The notes under the pieces were generated by a model. It was not told the DNA's origin. It was given only the letters and a program-made list of their open reading frames with translations, and did not search any database. 64,000 nucleotides of DNA from Squalus acanthias (lineage: Eukaryota): positions 22,446,001 to 22,510,000 of the forward strand of contig CM059433.1 of the NCBI GenBank assembly GCA_030390025.1. Direction: 5' to 3'. A program made the position numbers and the translations under genes. Numbering within the stretch: the first letter of the stretch is position 1; every line of letters begins with the position of its first letter. Shown one piece after another: positions 37,581 to 50,988 of this stretch.

Positions 37581-37805
37581 GAAACACAGCAGCCAATATG
37601 TGCACAGCAAGTCCCACAAACAACACTGAAATAAATGACCAGATCGTGTGCTTTAGGGTTAATTGATGGATAAATGTTGGCCAGGATACCGGGAGAACTC
37701 CCCTACTCTTCTTCGAATTGTGCCTTGGGATACTTTACATCTACTTGAGAGGGCCTCGGTTTGATATCTCATCCAAAGGACAGCTCCACCGCCAGTGCTG
37801 CACTT
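37580..37805 (-). mobile_element. Deu-domain SINE fragment
   Basis: GGGAGAACTCCCCTACTCTTCTTCGAA. Confidence 0.7.
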
Positions 37806-38099
37806 CTTAAATTGAAGAGGAGGAAATAATGTAGAAATGCCGACATCAAAGAATTAATACAGCTCGTTACCATAAACAATAAAAGACTAGAGATGATTGT
37901 GGTGAGTGAAAAATTAACTGAGCTGGAGATTAAACAAGAGAACCGAGGCTGTATTTTTCTAAAGCGTACAAATGCATTTTGGTGTATGAGCATGTAATCT
38001 ATTCAAAAATAGCAGCAAATAAAAGATGACACCATAAGCGTTGAATTTGCCAGTGGAGCAAAATTAAAAGAAAGAGCACCCACGATCTACAAACATTTA

Positions 38100-38807
38100 G
38101 GGCTGGATTTTGCCAATGGGGAGGTTTTGGAGGCGGGAACTCCCACTTGTCGGGTTTCAGTCCCGCCTCCATCAACTTCTGGCCAACCCACACTATTTTC
38201 CCTTGATTGACCTTGTTAAGCCCGCCCTTTTGACAGATGAATTGTCATCGTTTGACAGCTCTGTGAAGCTATCAAACACTGACATTCTCTGCAGTTTGAT
38301 GAGAATGCAACGGCCATCTGTCATCTCTGCCGCGGAGGTGCAAGACTCTCCGCATCCCCAACTCTTGAAGCCTGCAGGAAGAAACAAAGGTAAGTAAACT
38401 TTTTCGATCACTTTCCACTTACCTCACATACTCACCTCTCCACACTTGCATCCATCACTTACCTTCACAGCGCACTTTTGCACCCCGCAGACCCCCGCAG
38501 ACCCACTGCTCGCCTCGGTGACCCTGGCGGGGTTCGGAGCCTTCGGGAAGCCGGCACTTGTGTGGGCAAAATGGGGATAATCCTCTTATCTGCCTGTTAA
38601 CTACCTGTTAACTGGCAGTTAAGTGGCTGTAATCTCTTCCCCGCCTCCAAGGAGATGGGACCTGGCGTGGGTCGGCTACCTGCCTCCTGGCAAGATGGCA
38701 CTGAGGTGGGTTGGAGGCGGGTTGGCCACCCGCCCCCAAATTTTGCCATTTTCCTGTTACAGTCCCGCCTCCAAACCCACCTCCCCAGGGCTGGCAAGAT
38801 CGTGCCC
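38100..38807 (+). mobile_element. Harbinger-type MITE
   Basis: TIR GGGCTGGATTTTGCC / GGCAAGATCGTGCCC; flanks TTA/TTC; GGAGGCGGG repeats. Confidence 0.85.
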
Positions 38808-39481
38808 TTCAAGTCTGAGATAAAGCTAGGTGTTGCAAATTCCTTAACCAGAATTATCAGAGTAGGGCAGAATCCATATGGAGCCATTCATGTTGCCATC
38901 ACAGTAGTGTGCCACTACAGATATGCCAGCGCCATGACTTCTGGCACTTAGAAATGATGATCCAGAAAATTACACGAACAGGAGACAAATAACAGACAGT
39001 GCTGCTCCATCAGATTAAACTGACTTTTGGAGCTCGTGGGACACACAAAAAATACAAAATCACTTTTCCATTTTACTACTTGAGGAAATAAAGAGATAGA
39101 CAGCATTGAGATGATGGGTTTCTTGATAAAATTAGTTGCTTTTATGGAAATGATATTGCAAAAATGATACTACACAATATGAATCTCTTCTTGGCTGCAC
39201 AAAATTCATCCCTTATTGTACACATTATTGGGGAGGTGATAAATCTGGTTAATAAATTAAAGCATGGATAATACGTCTGCAAAGGAGATCTGTGGAAGGT
39301 CAATGTCTGCATAGAATCCGATCCAGTTGTAATATTTCAGAGTAAGACTGCTATATGGAGCCAGACTAACTTTGACCTGTGGAAGACAAATGATCCGCAA
39401 GGGATAGTAAATTAGCAGAACCATAAACTCTGAGCTGAACCGTATTACATCAGTGATTCAGGTTGTCCCCGCATACACAAT

Positions 39482-40116
39482 GGCCTGGAGTTGCCGTATG
39501 ATTTCCACCCAGATAGTAGCTAAATCTGGGCGGAACCGAGTCAAAAAAGCGCAAAAGATTGCGGAATTTTAGGCGTAAGCGAGTTACGCACGTAACTACG
39601 TTACGCTCAGATATCTGCGATCTTTTAAGTCTGTTCAATGAACCCTTCGCCTGAATCAGTCCCCGGCCACAAAACTGGCCGCGCCCCCGCAGTTCGGAAA
39701 GACGAGTTTCTGCCAATTGCTCTTGTTGGTGGGGGAGGGGCAACATTGAATTGTGTCCAGACTCTCAGGCACACAGGAACGCGTGGTCACATGACTCCAG
39801 CATTAATCAGCTGACCAGCAGTTAATTGAAGCCACAGGCCTGCCCCGCTGCTGTGGAAATCATCAATTAGTTAAACAACTTGAAGAATGGCTCATTCCCT
39901 GGCCATCCCACTCATCTTTGTGATGCTGGAGGAGGAGGAGTTTTAAGGTTTGTAGGACAGGGAGGTAAGTGCTGCTTGCCTTATAGTCACCTGCCTCACT
40001 CTGAAGGGGAAAGTTTTCATGGGAGATTTCACTTTCGGGTGCAATTTCACCTCGCCAGGCGAACGCCGTGTCGGGCGCCTTTTGGGCGATTGTTCCCCTA
40101 GTGGAAATTCAAGGCC
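39482..40116. mobile_element. Harbinger-type MITE
   Basis: Ends GGCCTGGAGTTGCC / GGAAATTCAAGGCC; CpG-rich; GAGGTAAGT donor. Confidence 0.6.
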
Positions 40117-41023
40117 TCCGCTGTCTTTGATGTGTCACTGCTTGTCTGACATCCAGTACTGGATGAGCAGAAATTTCCTCCAACTAAATTTGGGAAGACG
40201 GAAGCCATTGTCTTCGATCCCCGCCACAAACTCCATTCCTGAGCCACCGACTCCATCCCTCACCCTGGCAACTGCCTGAGGCTGAACCAGACCGTCCACA
40301 ACATAGGTGTCGTATTTGATCCTGAGATGAGCTTCCGGCCACATAATCCGCTCCATCACCAAGACCGCCTACTTCCACCTCCGTAACATCACCCGACTCC
40401 GCTTCTGCCTCAGGTCATCTCCTGCTGAAACACTCATTCATGCCTTTGTTGCCTCTAGACCTGACTATTCCAATGTTGTCCTGGCTGGCCTCCCATCTTC
40501 CACCCTCCACCATCCATAAACTTAAGGTCCATCCAGAACTCTGCTGCCCATACCATAACACGCACCAAGTCCCGTTCATCCATCACCTCTGTGCTCGCTG
40601 ACCTACGTTGGTTCCCAGTCTGGCAATGCCTCGATTAAAACATTTTCATCTTTGTTTGCAAATTCCTCTATGGCCCCTCCAACCTCCAGCCCTACAAAGC
40701 CTCCACGATATCTGCACTCCTCCAATTCTGACCTCTTGCACATCCCCGATTTTAATCGCTCCACCATTGGTGACTGTGCCTTCAGCTGCCTAGGCCCTAG
40801 GCTCTGGAATTCCCTCCCTAAACCTCTCCGCCTTTCTACATCTCTCTCTGCCTTTAAGATGCTGCTTAAAACCTACCTCTTTGATCAAGCATTTGGTCAT
40901 CTGTCCAAAAATCTCCTTATGTGTCTCGGTGTCAAATTGTGTTTGGTAACGCTCGTGTCAAGCCTTGGGATGTTTTGCTATGTTAAAGGAGCTATATAAA
41001 ATGCAAGTTGTTGTCGTTGTTGT
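40117..41023 (+). mobile_element. L2 LINE 3' part
   Basis: CLSDIQYWMSRNFLQLN, RLDYSN, GDCAFSCLGPRLWNSLP, FKMLLKTYLF; tail GCTATATAAAATGCAAG(TTG)n. Confidence 0.9.
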
Positions 41024-42656
41024 ATTATATCACAGTTTCAGTCGACTGCCTAAATTAAAGTAACATATTTTACATAGAATTACATAGAATTTACAGCACA
41101 GAAACAGGGCAATACAGCATTTTAAAAATTGAGAATAAATTTGCAACACAATTAGGCAGCAGTTGCTGGTGCTGTAGTTGCACTTGTTTTTATGTTGCAG
41201 CATAGCCTAGTGAACTCGAAGATTTCGGCGCAGGTTCCCATCGGTAAGACCGATGTACAAACTGCCGTAAAGTTTGGCTTAATTGCTGCATAAATGCGAT
41301 CCAGGAAATTTGGGGCCATAATAGCAACTGCAACTGCAGGTATAAATATAGCTAAAAATTACACCCTGCTAGTTTATAGGAGAAAGATATGACATTTTGA
41401 ATTATCTTCAGTTTGCAACAAATAAGGATATTTCCCTTTAATTTGAGCATCTGTAAATACAGAACTAATATTCTCATGGATTAAAAATTTCAGTTCAATA
41501 CAAGTAGCTATTAAACACTGTCACAGAACTGGAATAAAAATAACAGAATAAAATGGACCTGGTCTGGTGTAGCTTAAGCAGACATATGTGCAATCAGTAG
41601 GAGAGGTACCCATCCACCGTTATGTGAAAAAGTGAAGCAGTGTGTATCATTTTTACCCAATTTATCTCACTCCATGTTACTAGAAAGAGATTTAATCGCA
41701 GCAAGTCGTATCCGTCGATCCATTGGGCTCACAGGATATTACTTTGATGACCTTAAATTCGCCACAAATTGCATTTGTCAAGGGGGAAGGAGTAAATGCG
41801 TGCATCAAAGAGGTGCACAACCTCCTCCTCTTGCTTCTCAAAGTCGTTTCAACATATAATCCCGACCTCACTAATTGACACGATGATCTGTTTGCGTTGT
41901 TCAGAAATGTTGATGTATTCAGTGAGCAATTGGAACAAATGACATAAAATCATCCCAGAATTTTGGATAAGAATGTGTGGGACAAGTGAAGATAATTTAA
42001 AGCAGAAAATCTGGGTGGTAATGGGGGGTGGGCATGGCGAGTGGTGTGGTGGTGAGGGCTAGACTGATGTGCTTTCAATCCAAACTACTTACCCCAGAAG
42101 TAAATGGATTGATAAGGGAGGAAATGCTCATGCTTGTTTGAGTATATACACAGTCTCACGGAGACTTGCCATGACAGATCTCCCCGTTGGTAAAACCTGC
42201 TTGGAAGACATATTTTTCAGCTCCTGCCATGTACCTGAGTGTGGATCAATATAATTCCTGTTTTAGGATGCTGATCCTAATATTGAAAGTCAACTTGAGT
42301 AATGTAAAGAAGGTATTACAACATATGGTGCATATCTTCATACAGAATAGTCAGTGGGGATAGGTTGATTGCAGTGCACTGGGGAACGACTGCAGTTACC
42401 AAGGTGGATTCATTTCCAATACCTGAATGCACAAAACCGGCTGGACTCTGTTGAAAATGCTAAATAGACAAATGAAGTTACGGGGAATCCAGCAGGGGGA
42501 GGTACAATTAACCCACAAATGTTTTAATTCAGACATCGAGGCTTTAACAATTTTGTGTCATAGGTTTTCCATCTTTTAAAAGTTTCTGCCCCATTTCATG
42601 AGCTGCCAAATCAAGTCATGGCAGATGAAGAACCAATTGCTTTGATTGTTTATTTG

Positions 42657-43527
42657 TTTTTTTTAATTCGTTTATGGGATGTGGGCGTCGCTGGCAAGGC
42701 CAGCATTTTATTGCCCATCCCTAATTGCCCTTGAGAAGGTGGTGGTGAGCCGCCTTCTTGAACCGCTGCAGTCCGTGTGGTGAAGGTGCTCCCACACTGC
42801 TGTTAGGGAGGGAGTTCCAGGATTTTGACCCAGCGACGATGAAGGATCAGCAATGTACTTCCAAGTCAGGATGGTGTGTGACTTGGAGGGGAACTTGGAG
42901 GTGTTGTTGTTCCCATGCGCCTGCTGCCCTTGTCCTTTTAGGTGGTAGAGGTGGCGTGTTTGGGAGGTGCTGCCGAAGAAGCCTTGGTGAGTTACTGCAG
43001 TGCATCTTGTAGGTGGTACACACTGCAGCCACGGTACGCCGGTGGTGGAGGAAGTGAATGTTTAAGGTGGTGGATGAGATGCCAATCAAGCGGGCTGCTT
43101 TGTCCTGGATGATGTCGAGCTTCTTGAGTGTTGTTGGAGCTGCACTAATCCAGGCAAGTGGAGAGTATTCCATCACACTCCTGACTTGTGCCTTGTAGAT
43201 GTTGAAAAGGCTTTGGGGAGTCAGGAGGTGAGACACTCGCCGCAGAATTGCTAGCCTCTGACCTGCTCTTGTTGCCACAGTATTTATGTGGCTGGTCCAG
43301 TTAAGTTTCTGGTGACCTCCAGGATGTTGATGGTGGGGTATTCGGTGATGGTAATGCCGTTGAATGTCAAGGGGCGGTGGTTAGACTCTCGCTTGTTGGA
43401 GATAGTCATTGCCTGGCACTTGTGTGGCGTGAATGTTACCTGCCACTTATCAGCCCAAGCCTGAATGTCGTTCAGGTCTTGTTGCATGCGGGCATGAACT
43501 GCTTCATTATCTGAGGAGTTGCGAATG
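42657..43527 (-). mobile_element. CR1-group (Zenon-like) LINE 3' part
   Basis: RAGQRLAILRRV..YKAQVRSVMEYSPLAW; 3' tail GCTGGCCTTGCCAGCGACGCCCACATCCC. Confidence 0.85.
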
Positions 43528-43787
43528 GATAATGTGCTATTAGCTGAATTAAACTGTTGGCACTATGCGCAAGATTTACAACTGTTTTTGTTAGAGTGGA
43601 AGAAACTGGCGTGAGAATGAGTGCAAGAACATAGAGATTTTTAGTTTGTCATTGAATTACTCGAGAAGAACTTATGTCCGGTCCTGGGAAGCTGAATTAA
43701 TTGTATGCTTCCCTCAGCTCAATTATCTAATTTATTGGCAAGTCTTATTGATAATACAAATTCATTGAAGGATTTTCAAAAGTTAGT

Positions 43788-44045
43788 GGCCTAGATATTT
43801 GATCGTGCCACACCCGTTTCCAGGCAACAAATGGGTGCGTAAGCCTCCAATATGGCAGCAGGAAGCGTACGCTCGTTTTATGCCGGAAGTGCGCCGCTCA
43901 CCATATTGAACCGGGTTTCTCCGCGGACATTTTTTCAGACATAGCTCATGACTCCTGTCAGGAATAGGGGCACAGCTGCACAACTGGCCTCCAACGAGAG
44001 CCATCCCACCACAAGAAACGTCATCGAGCAAACAAGAGGATTGCC
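43788..44045. mobile_element. Harbinger fragment
   Basis: GGCCTAGATATTTG end; NESHPTTRNVIEQT transposase remnant at ~43990-44035. Confidence 0.55.
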
Positions 44046-44604
44046 TGCAGGGATCCTGCCTTGAATGAGGAATGAGATAGGAGACTGGATGTTAGTGTGG
44101 GAACAGCTGTAACTTGACTGAGTGTAAAGTCTACTGCTCACTGCTCCTGTCCCCAGAACGCAGCCAATGAAAATCCCCCCCCCCCCCACCCCCCGCCCCC
44201 CGCCAAGTCTAGGAGCTGTTCAAGGTTCATTTGTCTAATCGTTGGCTGAAAAAGGAAAAGTGGGGTTTCAAGAGAGTACCATCCAAATAAGAAGAGGAAT
44301 ACCAATTACACTGAATTTGTAAAAGCCAACTTCGAGTTTGATGCTGTGAGCTCTACTGCCCCCACGTGGCATATATTAGGTTATGTATAAATGTGAAACT
44401 GAATTAATTTCACTTTTGCAAACACTTGGGCGGCACCAAACTAAAAATCAAAAAAACGGGAGCCCAACATCCCAAAGGAGTCTGATAATTGAAGGTGACT
44501 GATGAATAATATAAAAGAGAGTTCTCCTGTGTCTATTCTTCTTGGCTCATAAAACTGTCCAGGAGCTCTCCAATGTCTCAGCCACTTTAACCAATTAGTA
44601 GCTG

Positions 44605-44920
44605 GGCCGAGATAGCTGACCTCAGCAGGGGCAGTAATTGGGGTTGTGCAACTGGCCTCAGTGCCGCAGGTTTGCGAGGGCAAAATTGGCCGTGGTTGCC
44701 ATTCCTGATCATTGTCCATCGATCCTTGTTGGAAGTGTGCTTGTGTCGACTTTGGATGAGGACAAGATTGACTCAGCTGGAATGCCTATGACAGCCAAAT
44801 AGCCTTTCAACTCTCTCAGCCAAGGGTCACGCAATGAAAACTGGCCAAAATATCAGACTGCCTTTGGAACTGTGCCCCAGCAAGGAATCAATACTTTCAG
44901 GAGAGGAAGGAAGGGAAGAA
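44605..44920 (+). mobile_element. AmnSINE2-like SINE
   Basis: GATAGCTGACCTCAGCAGGGGCAG..TGGCCTCAGTGCC..GATGAGGACAAGAT..CCCCAGCAAGGA..CAGGAGAGGA (recognised from memory of the consensus). Confidence 0.55.
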
Positions 44921-46229
44921 AATTCAAGAGGCAAATACCCAATAGACCACTGGAGAAGTCCAATATATATCCACAGTTTGTCAGTCAGTTCAATGGATGG
45001 ACAGCCAATGGATTACCATTAAATAGAGAAAAGAAAACAAATGCAGAACCAATAACATTTTTTGTTTTTCAAAAGTGAGAGGTACATCTTCGTCTAAATG
45101 GCTTGAATTGCACTAAGATTTATATTTATCATAATTTGGATTGAGCTTGAATTCAGCACTCATCCATGTTAATTTTGTGTGCCAGGATTTAGCATCAAAT
45201 GTTACAGTGCTCACCTGCAGGTATGAATGCATGTACCATTGTGTTAATGCAGTTAGGCACCAAATGAATGTTACAAGAAAGATATATATTGATTTTGGAG
45301 TGAATTATGTGTCATTCATGTGTTTGTACATGTGACTGAAGGTGGTTAAGTTCTTATTGCAGACTGTATAAAACCTAGTGTACTCAGCCAAGGGAGTGTG
45401 CAGCGCATCAAGATTTAGTGAAACCCTTAGGAATGTAAAGCAAGTCACTGTGAATATAAGTGTGCAATTTAAAAAATAAGTGTCCTTGTCTCAGCTAATT
45501 GCACCCGCTGACTAATAGCCAGCCTGTTTAGCAAATTTTTGTCTTTGTTGTTGTGTGAATATAAGCAGTCCTGGATGCACGTGTTTTGGAAGTCTCATTT
45601 CTAGCCAAGCTGAAATTGATTTTCGTCAGAGACGAGACTTTAATGGAAAAAAAAATCAGGCAGGGTGTATAACGGGCGGGGCACCCCTACCACCCGTTTA
45701 GCGCCACTGCCAAAGTTGAGTTTCACCCCCATTGACTTTTAATTTGCCTAAACTCAGATCCAAAGGCTAGTTTGTCAACCAATTTAATGCCAAAATTATA
45801 AAGATTGAATGAATAGCATCTGCAACACAACTAGAACAAGCTTTGGTGACTAAAAATGAGTCAAAACGAGCAGCCACGAGTAAGAATCCATGCGTCGATG
45901 GAACATCAGAAAAGCTTATCCTCATTGACATCTTGGGGATATTGGATAATAACATCCTAACTTAGTTACTGTGTATCGTGTCTCCAAATCCACTCCATAA
46001 AAATTCTTCTAAAGTCTTTATGCATCAGAGTATATTTAGCAGTAATATTACATCTGTGAAAGGTATCAAATCATACAGCCTCATGATTTATAATCTTTTC
46101 ATCTAGGCTGTAGAACTCAATTCAATATGCATGATAGGGCTGTCATCAAAAATACACTAATAATAGATTCGTTGACAGCAGTGCACGCAGATAACTTTGA
46201 AGTTTCAAAGCCCCGTATAATGACACTGT

Positions 46230-46959
46230 GGGGAGAGATCTGTGCCTCCCGTTATCGCCTCCGGGGGGCGAAAACAGGGCGCTAAACACTCACCGCCTGG
46301 GCGCGGCGAGAATATCGCCTCCTGCTAAATTCGGTGGGAGGTTTGCGGCGGCTGTATGGCGTTGTGCCCCGATCTCCTTCGCCTGGAGATCGTGACGTCA
46401 TCGCCATTCGCAGCGCCCCGGTAGCGCCCCGGACCCGAACTTCGGTTCCGCCCCCTACAGCATCGTCGGGCAAAAACACCGATAACTGCAGGAGGCGTTC
46501 ATCGGGAGGCCGGGTGCTTCGGGGGCGGTACTTAAAGCCCAGTAGGGAAAAAAATAATCAAATGCTCATTTTCTGGTTTTTTTCCTTTTTTCCCCAGCGA
46601 TCGATCAGCCCGGCACTCTGCTGAAGTGCATCGGGCTGATCGGGCCGGATCGCGGCTGCCGTCGGGGACCAGGTAAGTTTTTCCCTTGCAGAGCCTGCAG
46701 CGATGGCCCTTCCCTTTAAGGGAGGGAAGGAGCCTTCCAATGCGGCAGCGCTGCACGGCCCAGTGTACAGCGCTGCTCACCTACCGTCCCGCCTGTTGCA
46801 CTCCAGGAAGGAAGTGGGGCACTTAATTTTGCGCTTCACTTCCTTCCTGGAGTGCAAAACCACATTTTTTAAAAGTTAAGAAACATTAGCGCCTGGCGCT
46901 AATTTTTTCAACTGTTAAAACTTAGTGCCCCAAACGGGGCGATAATGAATTTCTCCCCC
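46230..46959. mobile_element. CpG-rich Harbinger-type MITE
   Basis: Ends GGGGAGAGATC / GAATTTCTCCCCC; TSD TGT/TGT; internal hairpins. Confidence 0.75.
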
Positions 46960-47479
46960 TGTGTATTTCCCACATTCATCTACCTAATAAATCAGTAAAA
47001 ACTGCACAAAAGTCGTGTGCACGCAACATGGGTCAGTTCTCTTTGCAACCAGTCATCATGAGTTCTGACATTCATTCTTATTACTTGGGTTCCTTTCTCA
47101 AGTGCTGAATAATAACTCATTTGGCCAAAGAATAGGTTGTTTTGTGAAAATCTTAATTTACAGACAATTTGTTTGGAGCAACATCTCATGCATTCTTTCA
47201 TAGGCTAGGATTCTTAAAATTTGATTTCGAATCACAAGGAGGTGACTCACCCCATTGCGTCTGTCTCTGCTAATGAGAGCTATGTATCAAATCCTATTCC
47301 CCTATCCTAATCCCATAAACATTTTCTTTTTTCAAATATTTATCTAATTCCATTTTACTTGGTTAAAGTCTCTGCCTCTTGTTAATACTTTATCTTGTGA
47401 TTAGGTATTAACAGCTTTTGTCTTTCTCATGATAATCCTTATTGGCCCTTTGTTACCAATTCATCAAACAATGGAAAGT

Positions 47480-49548
47480 GAAGGAATCTGGGACTGATTT
47501 ACTCATTGAAGGCATCTGGGACTGATTTAATCACTGAAGGAATCTGGGACTGATTTAATCATTGAAGGAATCTGGGACTGATTTAATCATTGAAGGAATC
47601 TGGAACTGATTTACTCATTGAAGGAATCTGGGACTGATTTAATCATTGAAGGAATCTGGAACTGATTTACTCATTGAAGGAATCTGGGGTTGATTTAATC
47701 ATTGAAGGAATCTGGAACTGATTTACTCATTGAAGGAATCTGGGACTGATTTACTCATTGAAGGAATCTGGGACTGATTTAATCGTTGAAGGAATCTGGG
47801 ACTGATTTACTCATTGAAGGAATCTGGGACTGATTTACTCATTGAAGGAATCTGGGGTTGATTTAATCATTGAAGGAATCTGGGACTGATTTAATCATTG
47901 AAGGAATCTGTGACTGATTTACTCATTGAAGGAATCTGGGGTTGATTTAATCACTGAAGGAATCTGGGACTGATTTAATCATTGAAGGAATCTGGGACTG
48001 ATTTAATCACTGAAGGAATCTGCGACTGATTTAATCACTGAAGGAATCTGCGACTGATTTACTCATTGAAGGAATCTGGGACTGATCTAATCACTGAAGG
48101 AATCTGCGACTGATTTAATCACTGAAGGAATCTGGGCCTGATTTAATCACTGAAGGAATCTGGAACTGAGTTAATCATTGAAGGAATCTGGGACTGATTT
48201 AATCATTGAAGGAATCTGGGACTGATTTACTCATTGAAGGAATCTGGGACTGATTTAATCATTGAAGGAATCTGGGACTGATTTAATCACTGAAGGAACA
48301 GGAACTGAGTTAATCATTGAAGGAATCTGGGACTGATTTAATCACTGAAGGAATCTGGGGTTGATTTAATCATTGAAGGAATCTGGGACTGATTTACTCA
48401 TTGAAGGAATCTTGGACTGATTTACTCATTGAAGGAATCTGGGGTTGATTTAATCACTGAAGGAATCTGGGACTGATTTAATCATTGAAGGAATCTGGGA
48501 CTGATTTAATCATTGAAGGAATCTGGGACTGATTTACTAATTGAAGGAATCTGGGACTGATTTACTCATTGAAGGAATCTGCGACTGATTTAATCACTGA
48601 AGGAATCTGGGGTTGATTTAATCATTGAAGGAATCTGGGACTGATTTACTCATTGAAGGAATCTTGGACTGATTTACTCATTGAAGGAATCTGGGGTTGA
48701 TTTAATCACTGAAGGAATCTGGGACTGATTTAATCATTGAAGGAATCTGGGACTGATTTAATCATTGAAGGAATCTGGGACTGATTTACTAATTGAAGGA
48801 ATCTGGGACTGATTTACTCATTGAAGGAATCTGGGACTGATTTACTCATTGAAGGAATCTGGGGTTGATTTATTCATTGAAGGAATCTGGGGTTGATTTA
48901 CTCATTGAAGGAATCTGGGACTGATTTACTCATTGAAGGAATCTGGGGTTGATTTAATCATTGAAGGAATCTGGGGTTGATTTAATCACTGAAGGAATCT
49001 GGGGTTGATTTAATCATTGAAGGAATCTGCGACTGATTTAATCACTGAAGGAATCTGGGGCTGATTTACTCATTGAAGGAATCTGGGACTGATTTAATCA
49101 TTGAAGGAATCTGCGACTGATTTAATCACTGAAGGAATCTGGGATTGATTTACTCATTGAAGGAATCTGGGGTTGATTTAATCACTGAAGGAATCTGGGG
49201 TTGATTTACTCATTGAAGGAATCTGGGACTGATTTACTCATTGGAGGAATCTGGGCCTGATTTAATCATTGAAGGAATCTGGGACTGATTTAATCGTTGA
49301 AGGAATCTGGGACTGATTTAATCATTGAAGGAATCTGGGGTTGATTTACTCATTGAAGGAATCTGGGACTGATTTAATCATTGAAGGAATCTGGGGTTGA
49401 TTTAATCATTGAAGGAATCTGGGGCTGATTTAATCATTGAAGGAATCTGGGACTGATTTAATCATTGAAGGAATCTGGGACTGATTTAACCATTGAAGGA
49501 ATCTGGGACTGATTTAATCATTGAAGGAATCTGGGACTGATTTATTCA
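47480..49548. repeat. 28-bp minisatellite, about 74 copies
   Basis: Consensus TGAAGGAATCTGGGACTGATTTAATCAT with recurring variants; no spacers. Confidence 0.98.
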
Positions 49549-50056
49549 GTAAGGAGGCTGATGGGCCCAGGCACTGACAGTTATCAGACGTTTGCTGCGT
49601 ACAAAAGGGGGAACTGAGTAAACAGATTAAAGGCCGAGGTAGAACAAACATTCGGCAGATAGCTCAACTTGAGTGGATTGGACAGGACAGTTGTCCAGAA
49701 AGTTTCGGCCTATGCCCTTTAAATGAGGGGTAAACAGTTTCAGCCTTTCTGTTTCTGACTGAGGTGCATGGTATACATGTGAAAGGGAGATAAAGAGTAT
49801 AAGGATCATGTGGAATCCAGGAGAGAGAGAGAAGAAGACATCGGTGAAGAAGGAATGAGCGAACCACATGTCCCAAGACTAAGGGATTGGATCACCCCGA
49901 GGTTTTGAGCTCTAACCAGACATGGCCGTAGAAATGCTTTGCTGGTAAACTCTCATTGATATGCACAAATAAAGTCAGTTTTATAATAATCTCACTTCTC
50001 TGTGATGTATTACTAACCATCAAGTCAAATCAAAGATATACATTTAAGATCTTACA
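49548..50056 (+). mobile_element. Possible solo LTR
   Basis: AGTAAG..CTTACA ends; AATAAA at ~49968; no TSD found. Confidence 0.3.
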
Positions 50057-50259
50057 AAACAATCCATCACTATCTACACTTGCATAATTTTGAAAACTTC
50101 TATTAGATTCCTCTTTAACCTTCTCGATTCCAGTGGGAGGATTATAGCTGTAATCTTTCATTTTCATTCCCAGAATCATCCTAGTGGATTTTCACTGTAC
50201 TCTTTCCATGGACCTATTATCCTTCCTCATAATGGGTGCACGAAACTACACACAATATT

Positions 50260-50415
50260 CCAGCTGTTTGTGGGACCTTGCTGTACACGAATTGGCTGCT
50301 GTGTTTCCTACATTACAACAGTGACTACATTTCAAAAGTACTTAATTGGCTGAAAACTGCTTTAGGTTGTCCTGGGGCTATGAAAGCCGCTTTATAAAGG
50401 CAAGTCTTTCTTTCT
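50260..50415 (+). mobile_element. Deu-domain SINE 3' part
   Basis: GCTGTTTGTGGGACCTTGCTG..CATTACAACAGTGACTAC..GCAAGTCTTTC. Confidence 0.75.
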
Positions 50416-50988
50416 TTTTCTTTTAATGGTCTTTTCTACCCGCACTCCCACCTTTTATACATCTATGGTTCTGATTTCAACCCAAGGGCAAGTGAGCAGT
50501 TAAAATCGCTCAAAATGGACTTACCACCATTTTTACTGTCGAGTTGACTCGCGTCACAAACGCAACCGTCAGAAAGAGGCGGTTGCCTAAATTCAAATAG
50601 GGGTCTGATCTGGCGTCATTTGAACCCTGACACAATTTTAATTGGGCAGATCAGAAGTCTCGCCAAGCGGCAAACCCGCTGAGTGAAACTTGGCGGCGTT
50701 GGCTTCACAAACTGACGGGGGCCTGAATTTAAAGGGGCACTCACTGACAGGCACTCAGGCCGTTAGGATCGGTGCGCCATTCCGAGTACTGCATTTTCAA
50801 GCCAGTTCTGAGCTTCCAGTTTACTTCTTTCCAATTTTTTTCTCCCTTGCCTACACTCATATAAGCACTCACTGTGTCTCATGGGTGCTGTTGTTGCAGC
50901 ACTCCTTTGGATGGATTGAACAGTTGGAGGAAGAGGAGCAGCAGCCTGTTGACCCAGGACAAGCAGCAGGTGGGCTTGTTAGAGACAG

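Noticed and set aside
47480..49548. CRISPR-like array (28-bp unit)
   Set aside because: Head-to-tail repeats with no unique spacers, no cas genes and a eukaryotic context
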